64,000 nt of DNA from an uncultured Acidobacteriaceae bacterium (GCA_963697045.1 CAVOMO010000001.1:100444-164443); one strand, 5' to 3'; positions 20,726-30,505 are shown, numbered from the stretch's first letter. The notes: generated by a model from the sequence alone, not told the origin. Made by a program: numbers and translations.

Positions 20726-23700
20726 ATGCGTTCCATGCGCCACGTCTTCTTAGCTATTCTCATTTTCGCCCTGTTATTTACAGTTTCGCCGTTCGCCTTT
20801 GCGCAGGTTCCGCTGCAGTTCGTTCCGGTCACACCCTGCCGGGTTGCGGATACGCGCCTGGCTCCCGGTGCGTTCGGTGGGCCGGCGCTGCAAGGCCAGA
20901 CCTCGCGCGACTTCGCCATCCCGGAGAGCGCTTGCGGCATTCCCAGTACGGCGGCGGCGTATTCGCTGAATGTGGCCGTGGTTCCACATGGTGGTCTGGG
21001 TTATCTGACGGTGTGGCCAGCGGGCCAAACGCGGCCGGTGCTGGCGACGTTGAATTCTGTTGATGGCCGGATCAAGGCAAACGCCGCGATTATTCCCGCC
21101 GGCACCAACCAGGCCATTAGTGTTTACGCCACCCAGACCACCGATGTGATTCTGGATATCGATGGCTATTTTGTAGCTGCGAGCAGCACGACGCTGGCGT
21201 TTTTCCCGCTCACCCCCTGCCGGGTGGCGGATACACGCGGGACAAACGGGCCGCTGGGCGGACCCTTTCTGTCGGGCCGCCTGGAGCGCATCTTCCCGGT
21301 GCTCTCCAGTTCCTGCGTGATACCTGACACGGCGCAGGCCTACTCGCTGAATTTCGCAGCCATCCCTCATGGTGGACTGGGATACATGACGGTATGGCCG
21401 ACGGGACAATCGAAGCCGCTGGTTTCGACTCTGAACGCCCTCACCGGCACGGTCACCGCCAACGCGGCGATTGTGCCCGCGGGACAGCAGGGCGCCATCA
21501 GCGTGTATCCCAGCAGCGACACTGACCTGGTGATTGATGTGGACGGTTACTTCGCCCCGGCCCAATCCGGACCGCAACCCTTGTCGCTGTATGCCCTGGC
21601 TCCGTGCCGGGTGCTGGACACGCGTCAGGGCAGCAGGCGCCTTCAGCGGAACCATGGCGATCGATGTGTTGGCCAGCACCTGCCTGGTGCCAAGCGCGCA
21701 GGCCTATGTGTTCAACGCCACGGTGGTGCCGCTGAATGGCCAGCCGCTGGGCTATCTGACGTTGTGGCCCGACGCCGAGAGCAAGCCGGTGGTGGCCACG
21801 CTCAACGCGCTGGATGGTGCGATCACTTCCAACATGGCAATTGTGCCTACGCTGAATGGTTCCATCGATGCCTACGCCACCACCCCCACGAATCTGGTAG
21901 CGGATATCTTCAGCTACTTTGCGCCGATTACTTCGCTGGGAATTACCACCACCTCGCTGCCCTCGGGAACGTTGGGCTTTGGCTACGACACGACCTTGGG
22001 CGCCAGCGGCGGCGTGCCTCCCTATACCTGGAGCATAACTTCAGGCAGCTTGCCAGCGGGGTTGAATCCGCTGGCTGCCAACGGCGAGATCTCGGGCCAA
22101 CCCACGATAGTGGGAACCTATCCGTTCACCGTGCAGGTTTCCGACTCGCAATCGCCGGCTGCGACAGCGTCCAAGCCGCTGAGCATCACGGTGAATGCGA
22201 CCCTGGCGCCAATTGACGATTGTGACCACGTCGCTGCCCGCAGGCACGCAGAACACCGCCTACAATGCCATGCTGGCGGCCACTGGCGGAGTTACTCCCT
22301 ATACCTGGAGTATCCCCAGCGGCAGCTTGCCGATGGGTTTGCATTTGAACGCGAGTAGCGGGCGCGATCACCGGCACGCCCAGCGGGGCGGGCATTTCGA
22401 ACTTCACGGTGCAGGTCACGGATTTCCAGAGTTGTCGACCGCGAGTGCGCCACTGAGCATCACCATTGCACCGGCGGTGCCGTTGAGCATTACGACCACA
22501 TCGTTACCGTCTGGTACGACAGGCACCGCCTACAGCGCAACGCTGAGCGCGTCCGGCGGAGTCTATCCCTACACCTGGAGCGTCACCAGCGGCACGTTGC
22601 CGGTGGGCTTGCATTTGAATGCCAGCAGCGGCGCGATTACCGGCACGCCGACTACGGCGGGCACATCGAACTTCACCGTGCAGGCTGCTGATTCGGCAAC
22701 ACCGCCAGCCACCGCCAGCGCACAACTCAGCATCGTCATCAGCCCGGGAGGTGGCGGCAACCCGGGCGCTCTCAGCGGACACTATGCGTTTTACCTGAAC
22801 GGTTTTAACTCCAGCGGCGCATGGACGCTGGCGGGCAGCTTCATCTCCGATGGCAACGGCAATATCACCAGCGGCTTTGTCGATGGCAATTCAGTGACGG
22901 GCCAGCCCTTTAATTCAACCGTCAGCGGCACGTATTTTATTGCGGCCAACGATTTGAACACGCTCACCATTCAGGGACCGTTGTTCGGAGCGGCGACCTT
23001 TGCATTTGGTCTTGACTCGACGGGCAACGGTCGGATCATCGAATACGACGACACCACCGGCCAAGGCAGCCGCGGCTCGGGTGCTTTGCGCAAGCAGGAT
23101 CCGACGGCCTTCTCGCTTAGTAAACTGAACGGCGGCTACGCGTTTGGGATGACGGGAGTCGACAACTCGGCGTTTCGTTTCACTGACGTTGGCGTCTTTA
23201 CGCTGAGTAACGGGAACATTACCAATGGCGCCTGCGACATCAACGATGGCGGAACTTTCCAAACTTGCACCTTTACCGGCAGCCTGCCCGCTATCGGTAC
23301 ACAGACTGGACGCGCTGTAAGCACCATCCAAAGCACTAACGGCACCAGTCATCAGGCAGTCTATGTCGTAACCGCGAGCGAGATGGTGATGGAACAAATC
23401 GACTCGGTCCCTGGCACCCAGACACCGTTAATAGTGGGCTCAGTGCTGCACCAAAGCGGGACCTTCAACAACGGGACGTTGAACGGCTTGAGTGTTCTCT
23501 ATTATCAGGACATCCATGCCTCAGATGGGGCCGACCAATCCATCGGCATGATCATCAACTTCAACGGCAGCGGCGGCGGTAACCTTATCGCAGGCGACGA
23601 AGACTTGGCGGGCGTTATTACACAGATCCAGCCGGGACCAGCGAGTTACACAGTGACCGCCAATGGGGCCGTGACCTTCGCCGGCGGAAATGGACCTCCG

Positions 23701-24111
23701 GTGGGCTTCCTGGTGGGCCCGAACCGCGGATTCGTTGTGGGAACCAGTTCCAATTCCATCTTCGGGATCATGGAACCGCAAACCGGTGCGCCATTTTCCA
23801 CCGCGTCCATGAGCGGGACCTACGCTGGGGGCACACTGGCCCCGATGGACTACCACAACGCACATGGCGAGCTGGTTACGGGACCGGCGGACGGCCTCGG
23901 TACTTTCACTGTCCAGTCAGATTCCAGCGGACCGGGCGGAATTAGCCAACAGTCAGGCGAGCCCGTTACTTACGCGATTGCTTCCAATGGCAGGGGCACG
24001 GCATTGACGCAAGGCGATCAGTTTCCCTCAGTTATCTACATGATCTCGCCCACCCGGTGGATCGTACTGTTGACTAATGTTGACGCGAGAATGGACGTGT
24101 TTAACCACTGA
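20726..24111 (+). pseudogene. Large secreted repeat protein (3x novel Cys-pair module + 3x putative-Ig/He_PIG + ~455-aa C-terminal region), interrupted by single-base indels
   Basis: ORF-track fragments 20726..22216, 21534..22358 and 22195..24111 continue each other's repeat periodicity across frame changes at ~21635 and ~22211. A compensated indel pair lies at ~22360 and ~22430. The signal peptide is MRSMRHVFLAILIFALLFTVSPFAFA. Confidence 0.75.
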
Positions 24112-24141
24112 CGTTTTATGGATTGATCTCCTTGAACTCCT

Positions 24142-24172
24142 GGCCGGCGCCTTCAGGCGCTGGCCGTTTTTT
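24142..24172 (+). terminator. Rho-independent terminator of the large secreted-protein gene
   Basis: GGCCGGCGCC-TTCA-GGCGCTGGCC forms a 10-bp stem with one G-T wobble. It is followed by GTTTTTT and lies 31 nt after the stop codon. Confidence 0.75.
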
Positions 24173-24259
24173 CAGGTGGGGAAAGCGATAGCAGAGTTTC
24201 GGTACATCTACTTAAGGGGTACTGAGCGAGGAACACAGGGATGAGCCTTGTTTTGCTTT

Positions 24260-24428
24260 GTCATCCTGAGCGACGAGCAGAGCGAGGAGTCGAAGAACCC
24301 TTATCGTTGCGCAAAATCTGCGCTTGATTCAGCGTGCCCCTCAATCGACATCGATTAGCGATTGGCGCGACCGATGCCGTTTATCAAGAATAGGGTCCTT
24401 CGACTCGCTGCGCTGCGCTCAGGATGAC
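24260..24428. repeat. Inverted pair of the GTCATCCTGAGCG...GTCGAAGxACCC interspersed repeat
   Basis: The arm at 24260-24300 is gtcatcctgagcgacgagcagagcgaggagtcgaagaaccc. The arm at 24393-24428 is gggtccttcgactcgctgcgctgcgctcaggatgac. They are reverse-complementary in type and flank ~92 nt that contain further small palindromes. Confidence 0.65.
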
Positions 24429-24475
24429 ACCCAGAAAATTACCTATAGCGAAAAGCGAACAGCGCATAGCGGCCC

Positions 24476-26101
24476 TTAGATTACTACCGTCTCCTGATAC
24501 TCGCCATACACGTGGCGCATGGCATCGGAAATTTCGCCAACCGTTGCGTTGGCCTCCACTGCTTCCACAATCGGGGGCATCAAGTTGCCCGTTCCGCGCG
24601 CCGTATCTTCCACCTGCTTCAGTGCAGCCTGCCATTTCGCCGGATCGCGCTTGGCGCGCACCGCGCGCAAACGCTCCACCTGCTTGCGTTCCAGAGACTC
24701 GTCCATATGCAGCAGCGGGACCGGCTTTTCTTCCTGGAGCTCGAACGAATTTACGCCCACGACAATTGCTTCTCGTTTGTCCACGGCGCGCTGGTACTCG
24801 TAGGCGGCGTTTTGGATCTCCTGCTGAATGAATCCGCGCTCAATGGCTTTCAGGGTGCCGCCCATGGCGTCGATCTTGTCGAGGTACTCGCGTGCCTGAA
24901 TCTCGATCTGGTTGGTCAGCGCTTCGATGTAGTACGAACCGGCCAGCGGATCGACAGTCTGCGCCGCCCCTGATTCATAGGCGATGATCTGCTGAGTGCG
25001 GAGGGCGATACGCGCCGACTGTTCGGTGGGCAGCGCAAGCGCTTCGTCGAAGGAGTTGGTGTGGAGCGATTGCGTTCCGCCCATGACCGCTGCCATGGCC
25101 TGCAAAGCCGTGCGCACGATGTTGTTCTCGGGCTGTTGCGCGGTCAGCGTCGAGCCTGCTGTTTGCGTGTGGAAACGCAACGTCAGCGATTTTGGATTTC
25201 TGGCGCCGAACCGGTCGCGCATGATGCGCGCCCACATGCGGCGGGCGGCGCGAAACTTCGCCACCTCCTCGAGAAAATTACTGTGCGCATTGAAGAAGAA
25301 CGATAGCCGCGGCGCAAAGTCATCCACGCCAAGCCCCGCGTCGATGGCCGCCTGAACATAACTGATCCCATTGGCCAGCGTGAATGCCACTTCCTGCACC
25401 GCCGTGGATCCGGCCTCGCGCATGTGGTAACCGGAAATTGAAATCGTGTTCCACTCGGGCACGTTCTCGTGGGCGTAAGAAAAAATGTCGGTGATGATGC
25501 GCATGGCTTGTGCCGGCGGATAAATATATGTCCCGCGCGCGATGTATTCCTTCAGCACATCGTTTTGCACGGTGCCAGAGAGCTTGCACACGTCGCGGCC
25601 GGTGCGGCGTGCGGTCACGATGTAGAGCGCCAGCAAAATCGACGCGGTGGCGTTAATGGTCATCGAGGTGGAAATCTTCTCCAGGTTGATGCCATCGAAG
25701 AGCCGCATCATGTCCTCGATGGAATCGATGGCAACGCCGACTTTCCCGACCTCTCCCATAGCGAGGGGATTGTCGGAATCGAGCCCGATCTGCGTCGGCA
25801 GGTCGAAGGCCACGCTCAAGCCGGTAGTGCCATTGCTCAACAGATACTTGTAGCGGCGGTTCGATTCTTCGGCATCGCCCATGCCGGCGTACTGCCGCAT
25901 AGTCCACAGGCGGCCACGATACATCGTGGCTTGCACGCCGCGCGTGTAGGGGAATTGCCCGGGGAAATTAAGATCGCGGTCGTAATCCCAACCTTCCAAA
26001 TCGGCCGGTGTGTAAAGCGGATGAACACTGATGTGGGATGAGGTTTCTTGCTCGGGCGCCAGCTTGGTGGCCACGGACCCTTTGTGTTTGCCTTCAGGCA
26101 T
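24476..26101 (-). CDS. Methylmalonyl-CoA mutase family, catalytic (large, N-terminal barrel) subunit
   Basis: 541-aa ORF with motifs [17 protein letters not shown] and [11 protein letters not shown]. There is no B12-binding C-terminal domain in this ORF. Confidence 0.9.
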   Translation of the reverse strand: MPEGKHKGSVATKLAPEQETSSHISVHPLYTPADLEGWDYDRDLNFPGQFPYTRGVQATMYRGRLWTMRQYAGMGDAEESNRRYKYLLSNGTTGLSVAFDLPTQIGLDSDNPLAMGEVGKVGVAIDSIEDMMRLFDGINLEKISTSMTINATASILLALYIVTARRTGRDVCKLSGTVQNDVLKEYIARGTYIYPPAQAMRIITDIFSYAHENVPEWNTISISGYHMREAGSTAVQEVAFTLANGISYVQAAIDAGLGVDDFAPRLSFFFNAHSNFLEEVAKFRAARRMWARIMRDRFGARNPKSLTLRFHTQTAGSTLTAQQPENNIVRTALQAMAAVMGGTQSLHTNSFDEALALPTEQSARIALRTQQIIAYESGAAQTVDPLAGSYYIEALTNQIEIQAREYLDKIDAMGGTLKAIERGFIQQEIQNAAYEYQRAVDKREAIVVGVNSFELQEEKPVPLLHMDESLERKQVERLRAVRAKRDPAKWQAALKQVEDTARGTGNLMPPIVEAVEANATVGEISDAMRHVYGEYQETVVI

Positions 26102-26204
26102 AAGAGTAGGCCTCGATGTCTATCGTAAAGATGTCTAAATTATGAACTCGTGACAGGGAAGATGATATGACCCCGGTCACAACGTGCCGGGCTGTCTCAA
26201 ATGC

Positions 26205-26543
26205 TCACTTTCGAGCTTTGCGGCGCGACCTGGCGAAAGAACTCACGCCAAAGTACAAAAAAGCCAAGGCGAATGCGGAAGCCAGAAGCAGCCTGCCGAT
26301 CCCGGGAGCACCGCTGGCGTGACGGTGGTATTCGCGTACCGCAGCCCCGCCCCCAACCATCGCGAGCACCAGGAAAAAGAGCCCTGCTACCTCCAGCCAG
26401 AGCACATGCAGCACGCGGCCTGCACTCCCAAGAGTGACGCGTCCTCCCCGATAAAAGGCCCTAACCCAGCGATTTTCGCCGGTCTTGCGGCCCGCGACCC
26501 GCAGAAATGCCCGTCCTTGGGTGCCCAAATTGTGGGATGACAC
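26205..26543 (-). CDS. Possible small membrane protein
   Basis: 112-aa ORF with two hydrophobic segments (VLWLEVAGLFFLVLAMVGGGAAV and LLLASAFALAFLYFGVSSF). It is on the same strand as the mutase gene and upstream of it. No family was recognised. Confidence 0.4.
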   Translation of the reverse strand: MSSHNLGTQGRAFLRVAGRKTGENRWVRAFYRGGRVTLGSAGRVLHVLWLEVAGLFFLVLAMVGGGAAVREYHRHASGAPGIGRLLLASAFALAFLYFGVSSFARSRRKARK

Positions 26544-26777
26544 GCTTTTTACCTTTCGCTCAGCGCTATTGCGTATTGTCGCTTCATTCTATCAGCCGAT
26601 TTTTCGGCAAAAAGGTTCGGATGCGGACTCACTTAACCCGGCACCCCACGAAACTCGGCCCGCGCAGCTAGCATCCAAGTTGTTGAGTCTGGGTAGTAGC
26701 GGGCGGGCCAAAACTTCTGGCCTGATTTGAGAAAGCGATGAGCCGTCCGGTGACAGCCAGCTAGCTTAGGTGCAATT

Positions 26778-27053
26778 GTGGATAAACGACTAAAAAGCCT
26801 GATGGAACAACTGGGGGAGGCGATCAACAACTCGCTTTCTGATTCTGACCAGATCGCCGACGTCATCACTCGAATTAAAGACGGGGGATACGACGTTTTT
26901 CTCGTACTCGAGGCCACGGTGGGTTTCAATGAGCGGGACGACGCCGCGGAGCCAGTTGAAATTGACGACCGTGGCTCCGCTACCGCTGATTTTCGCGTGA
27001 CGACCCAGGACGTGAAGTTTCTCAAATCATTACGCATCAGCGTGGATGACTAG
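26778..27053 (+). CDS. Small acidic hypothetical protein
   Basis: 91-aa ORF with a GTG start and balanced, non-shadow composition (MDKRLKSLMEQLGEAINNSLSDSDQIADVITRIKDGGYDVF...). Confidence 0.5.
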   Translation: MDKRLKSLMEQLGEAINNSLSDSDQIADVITRIKDGGYDVFLVLEATVGFNERDDAAEPVEIDDRGSATADFRVTTQDVKFLKSLRISVDD

Positions 27054-27228
27054 AAGGCGTCCGCAGCCTGGGATTCGGCGTTGGGTCCCGCCTCGCCTGG
27101 TACGCGGTGTGCTAAGATTTCGACTTCGCCTGTGGGTCGGCATGCGCCACCAAGGCGCTTGTCAGCCCTCCAGCAAGCGAGAGCGTTCTTTGGCTCTTTC
27201 AGGGAAATCGTAATCGGAAGCCATCAGG

Positions 27229-28482
27229 ATGAGAGATACCCTCGGAGTCTTACTTGCGGGAGGAGCGGGCGAGCGTTTATATCCGCTGACGCGCGATCGT
27301 GCGAAGCCGGCCGTGACCTTCGGCGGCATCTACCGCATCATTGACATCACCCTTTCCAACTGTATCAACTCCGATCTTCGAAAAGTCTACATCCTGACCC
27401 AGTACAAAGCGCTGTCCCTGAACCGGCACATCCGGGAAGGCTGGGGCAACATTGTGGGACGGGAACTGGGAGAGTTCATCGAGATCCTCCCACCTATGAA
27501 GCGGGTCAGCGAGAACTGGTACATGGGCACCGCCGACGCCGTGTATCAGAACCTCTACTCCATTGGTTCCGAGCAGCCGCGCTTCGTGCTGATCCTGTCG
27601 GGCGATCATATCTACAAGATGAACTACGACCTGATGCTGCGTCAGCACAAGGATTCGGGCGCAGACGTTACGCTGGCCACCATCCTGGTCGATCCGGCGG
27701 AGACCAAGCTGTTTGGTGTAGTCGAGATTGATCGCACCGGAAGGGTCGTCGGCTTCCAGGAAAAGCCCGAGCAGACCGATCTGCGCTCGCCGTATAACCC
27801 GCGAATGGTGTCGGCATCGATGGGCATTTACCTGTTCAACACCGACGTGCTCATTCCGGCGCTGCTGAAAGATGCCGAAGACGCAACTTCCCGCCACGAT
27901 TTCGGGCACAACATTCTGCCCCGCATGGTGGACGACTACAAGGTTTACTCGTTCAACTTCATTGATGAGAACCGGAAAGAGGCGTTGTACTGGCGCGATG
28001 TCGGGACCTTGGAAGCCTACTACGAGGCCAACATGGATCTGGTGTCGGTGGCCCCGGTTTTCAACGTGTATGACGGTGCCTGGCCGATTCGCACCCATAT
28101 GCGGCAGTATCCTCCGGCCAAGTTTGTCTTCAGCGATCCCGGGCGCACCGGAGAAGCGCATGACTCGATCGTCTCTATGGGCTGCATTATCTCAGGTGGG
28201 TCCGTGCGCAACAGCGTACTGTCGCCCGACGTGCGCGTGAATTCCTACTCGGAGATTGATACCAGCATTGTCTTCTCCCATGTGAACGTCGGCCGTCACT
28301 GCCGCATCCGCAAAGCCATCATCGATCGCGATGTTGATATCCCCGAGGGAACGGTCATCGGATATGACACGGAAGCCGACCGTCAGAAGTATCACGTGAC
28401 CGACAGTGGCATCACGGTGGTGACGCGCGATTACTCGCTGTTCGAGAATCCGGTCACGGTGGATTACTTCACGTCGGAGTAG
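27229..28482 (+). CDS. glgC: Glucose-1-phosphate adenylyltransferase
   Basis: 417-aa ORF with the N-terminal LAGGAGERLYPLTRDRAKPAV motif and a C-terminal left-handed beta-helix region. Confidence 0.95.
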   Translation: MRDTLGVLLAGGAGERLYPLTRDRAKPAVTFGGIYRIIDITLSNCINSDLRKVYILTQYKALSLNRHIREGWGNIVGRELGEFIEILPPMKRVSENWYMGTADAVYQNLYSIGSEQPRFVLILSGDHIYKMNYDLMLRQHKDSGADVTLATILVDPAETKLFGVVEIDRTGRVVGFQEKPEQTDLRSPYNPRMVSASMGIYLFNTDVLIPALLKDAEDATSRHDFGHNILPRMVDDYKVYSFNFIDENRKEALYWRDVGTLEAYYEANMDLVSVAPVFNVYDGAWPIRTHMRQYPPAKFVFSDPGRTGEAHDSIVSMGCIISGGSVRNSVLSPDVRVNSYSEIDTSIVFSHVNVGRHCRIRKAIIDRDVDIPEGTVIGYDTEADRQKYHVTDSGITVVTRDYSLFENPVTVDYFTSE

Positions 28483-28546
28483 ATTCGGAACGCCATTACC
28501 GCTGATGGCTTTGCCACCAGGCTACAATCGCCCGTGGGTGGCGATT

Positions 28547-29077
28547 TCACTCCGTGAGCATCCGCGCTTTTACCGTTACCGCGCCCACACACCATAGCAA
28601 CGCATCCTCCACGTGCTCTCGCAGGGACGGGCTGGTAAAAATGTTTCGCAGTTGCATGCCTTCCGTCAGGCGTGCTGCTAACTCGGTCAAGATGCCCTGA
28701 TAGCGATCCGGCATGTGCAGTTTGGTGGCGCGCACCAGGTCGTCAAAGACCAGCAGGCAATCCAGGATCACACCGTCGGGGTCGGCTTGTTGGGAATTGA
28801 CCCGATGCAATGCCTCGGCAATATCGCAGAACGTTTCGATAGCCTCCGGGGGAGGACCAAGTCTTGCCATGCTGGGATCGAGCGCCAGCGCCTTCGCAGC
28901 TAACCCGGGGTGAACGAAGAATACGATGCGCCCTTCGGCCGTGAGCGGGCGTTCATTATCGCTGCCGACTGCCAACAAGGTATAAAACTGGGGACCGTCA
29001 TGGCCGCCGTCGACACGGAAGCCGATGAGGATCAGTTCTTCATGCGACCGGTGGGGAAGAACAGGTAACTCGCGCAT
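28547..29077 (-). CDS. Hypothetical protein
   Basis: 176-aa ORF with plausible composition. No recognisable motif. Confidence 0.5.
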   Translation of the reverse strand: MRELPVLPHRSHEELILIGFRVDGGHDGPQFYTLLAVGSDNERPLTAEGRIVFFVHPGLAAKALALDPSMARLGPPPEAIETFCDIAEALHRVNSQQADPDGVILDCLLVFDDLVRATKLHMPDRYQGILTELAARLTEGMQLRNIFTSPSLREHVEDALLWCVGAVTVKARMLTE

Positions 29078-29089
29078 GGGGAAATAGTA

Positions 29090-29127
29090 CAGTTGCGGGT
29101 TGCCAGTTGTCAGCGGCCAGTTGTACG
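29090..29127. repeat. Low-complexity GCCAGTTG repeat copy
   Basis: The sequence cagttgcgggttgccagttgtcagcggccagttgtac lies in the divergent intergenic region upstream of htpX. Confidence 0.5.
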
Positions 29128-29219
29128 GGGCATGTTGACCGGCTTCTTACGGCTCTTGCACGGCTGCCAACGCGATTTCCAGCGACCGTGCGCCGCCAAC
29201 GTCATCTAGATGTGTAGAC

Positions 29220-30086
29220 ATGGGGAACACCTTTAAGACGGCGTTACTACTGACTGCACTAACGCTTTTCCTGCTGTTTATGGGGCAAATCTTTGGTGGC
29301 CAGCAAGGCATGGAGATTGCTCTGGCGCTGGCCGTCGTGATGAATTTCGTTTCGTATTTCTACAGTGACAAGATTGCGCTTGCCGTATATCGCGCGCAGC
29401 CCGTCACACGGGAACAACTGCCGCGGGCGTACCAGGTCGTCGAACGCCTAACGCAAAAGATAGGCATCCCGACGCCGAAGATCTATGTGATTCCTTCCGA
29501 GTCGCCCAACGCCTTTGCCACTGGACGCGACCCCAAACACGCGTCGGTCGCGGTAACCGAGGGAATTTTGAATCTGCTCACTGACGAGGAACTCGAAGGC
29601 GTCCTCGCGCATGAGTTGGGGCACGTGAAGAACCGCGATATTCTCATCAGTTCGATCGCCGCCACTCTGGCGGGCGCCATCACCATGCTGGCGCGCATGG
29701 GCTATTGGGCCTCGCTTTTCGGAGGCATGGGAGACCGCGGCGACCGCGACCGCGGAGGCGGTGGCTTCACTGGGCTGCTGATGTTGATCCTGGCGCCGAT
29801 TGCAGCCACTCTCATTCAGCTTGCAGTTTCGCGATCGCGTGAATACCAGGCCGACGCGACCGGCGCGCACATCACCGGCAATCCCTATGCTCTGGCTAGT
29901 GCGCTGAAGAAGCTCGATGCCTATTCGAAGCGCATTCCATTGCAGGCTTCGCCATCGACAGCCCATCTGTTTATCGTTGCGCCGCTGCTTAGCGGTGTCA
30001 GCTTCGCAAATCTCTTCTCAACCCATCCGCCGATCGCCAAACGCATCGAGCGCCTTACCGGGCGGCCAGCCGAACTCGACTATTGA
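29220..30086 (+). CDS. htpX: Zinc metalloprotease HtpX (M48 family)
   Basis: 288-aa ORF with TM segments and the HELGHVKNRD zinc motif. Confidence 0.9.
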   Translation: MGNTFKTALLLTALTLFLLFMGQIFGGQQGMEIALALAVVMNFVSYFYSDKIALAVYRAQPVTREQLPRAYQVVERLTQKIGIPTPKIYVIPSESPNAFATGRDPKHASVAVTEGILNLLTDEELEGVLAHELGHVKNRDILISSIAATLAGAITMLARMGYWASLFGGMGDRGDRDRGGGGFTGLLMLILAPIAATLIQLAVSRSREYQADATGAHITGNPYALASALKKLDAYSKRIPLQASPSTAHLFIVAPLLSGVSFANLFSTHPPIAKRIERLTGRPAELDY

Positions 30087-30144
30087 TTGTCATCCCTCGG
30101 CGTAGCTCTTTCGCCGCGTAGCACGGTACTTGTACTTTTTCGAC

Positions 30145-30159
30145 TATCCCACAATGTGG
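30145..30159. promoter_or_regulatory. Palindromic site TATCCCACA-A-TGTGG, 10 nt upstream of ORF 30170
   Basis: CCACA-A-TGTGG is a perfect 5+1+5 palindrome. It shares the 9-mer TATCCCACA with the site at 30481-30497. Confidence 0.35.
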
Positions 30160-30169
30160 TACACATAAA

Positions 30170-30472
30170 ATGTCAACTTCTACAAGTGCACCCTGCAGCA
30201 TTGAATACGGCGCCGGCTGTGAAAAACTTACGGCTACGCGGTTAGGAATTACCTGTCAAGGACGATGGCTCGGCGCCTCTCCCATGAAAGAGCAGAATCG
30301 TGTCCTTTACTTTCTTGCAGTTAGCAAATGGTCAAGCGATTGCAAATCCTGGAATGGAATGCGAAACGACTGTAAGCGCGATTGGCGGTTTACAACTGCG
30401 CAGCCGCAGTTCATAATTATGTTTGAGCAATCGGTCGATCCCAGGCACTCAGCTTACCAAACTCATTCGTGA
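30170..30472 (+). CDS. Cys/Trp-rich 100-aa ORF in low-GC islet (weak call)
   Basis: There is no obvious Shine-Dalgarno sequence and the composition is unusual. Listed mainly because the same palindrome precedes it and the next ORF. Confidence 0.25.
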   Translation: MSTSTSAPCSIEYGAGCEKLTATRLGITCQGRWLGASPMKEQNRVLYFLAVSKWSSDCKSWNGMRNDCKRDWRFTTAQPQFIIMFEQSVDPRHSAYQTHS

Positions 30473-30480
30473 TTTGAGCG

Positions 30481-30497
30481 TATCCCACATTGTGGGA
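30481..30497. promoter_or_regulatory. Palindromic site TATCCCACA-T-TGTGGGA overlapping the Shine-Dalgarno of ORF 30506
   Basis: TCCCACA-T-TGTGGGA is a perfect 7+1+7 palindrome. Its right arm overlaps GGAGG (30495-30499), and the ATG is at 30506. Confidence 0.35.
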
Positions 30498-30505
30498 GGA
30501 GAGTT

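Noticed and set aside
26633-27037. 134-aa minus-strand ORF overlapping the small acidic protein gene
   Set aside because: The translation is Ser-rich and low-complexity. The plus-strand 91-aa ORF has more protein-like composition. Both calls remain uncertain.
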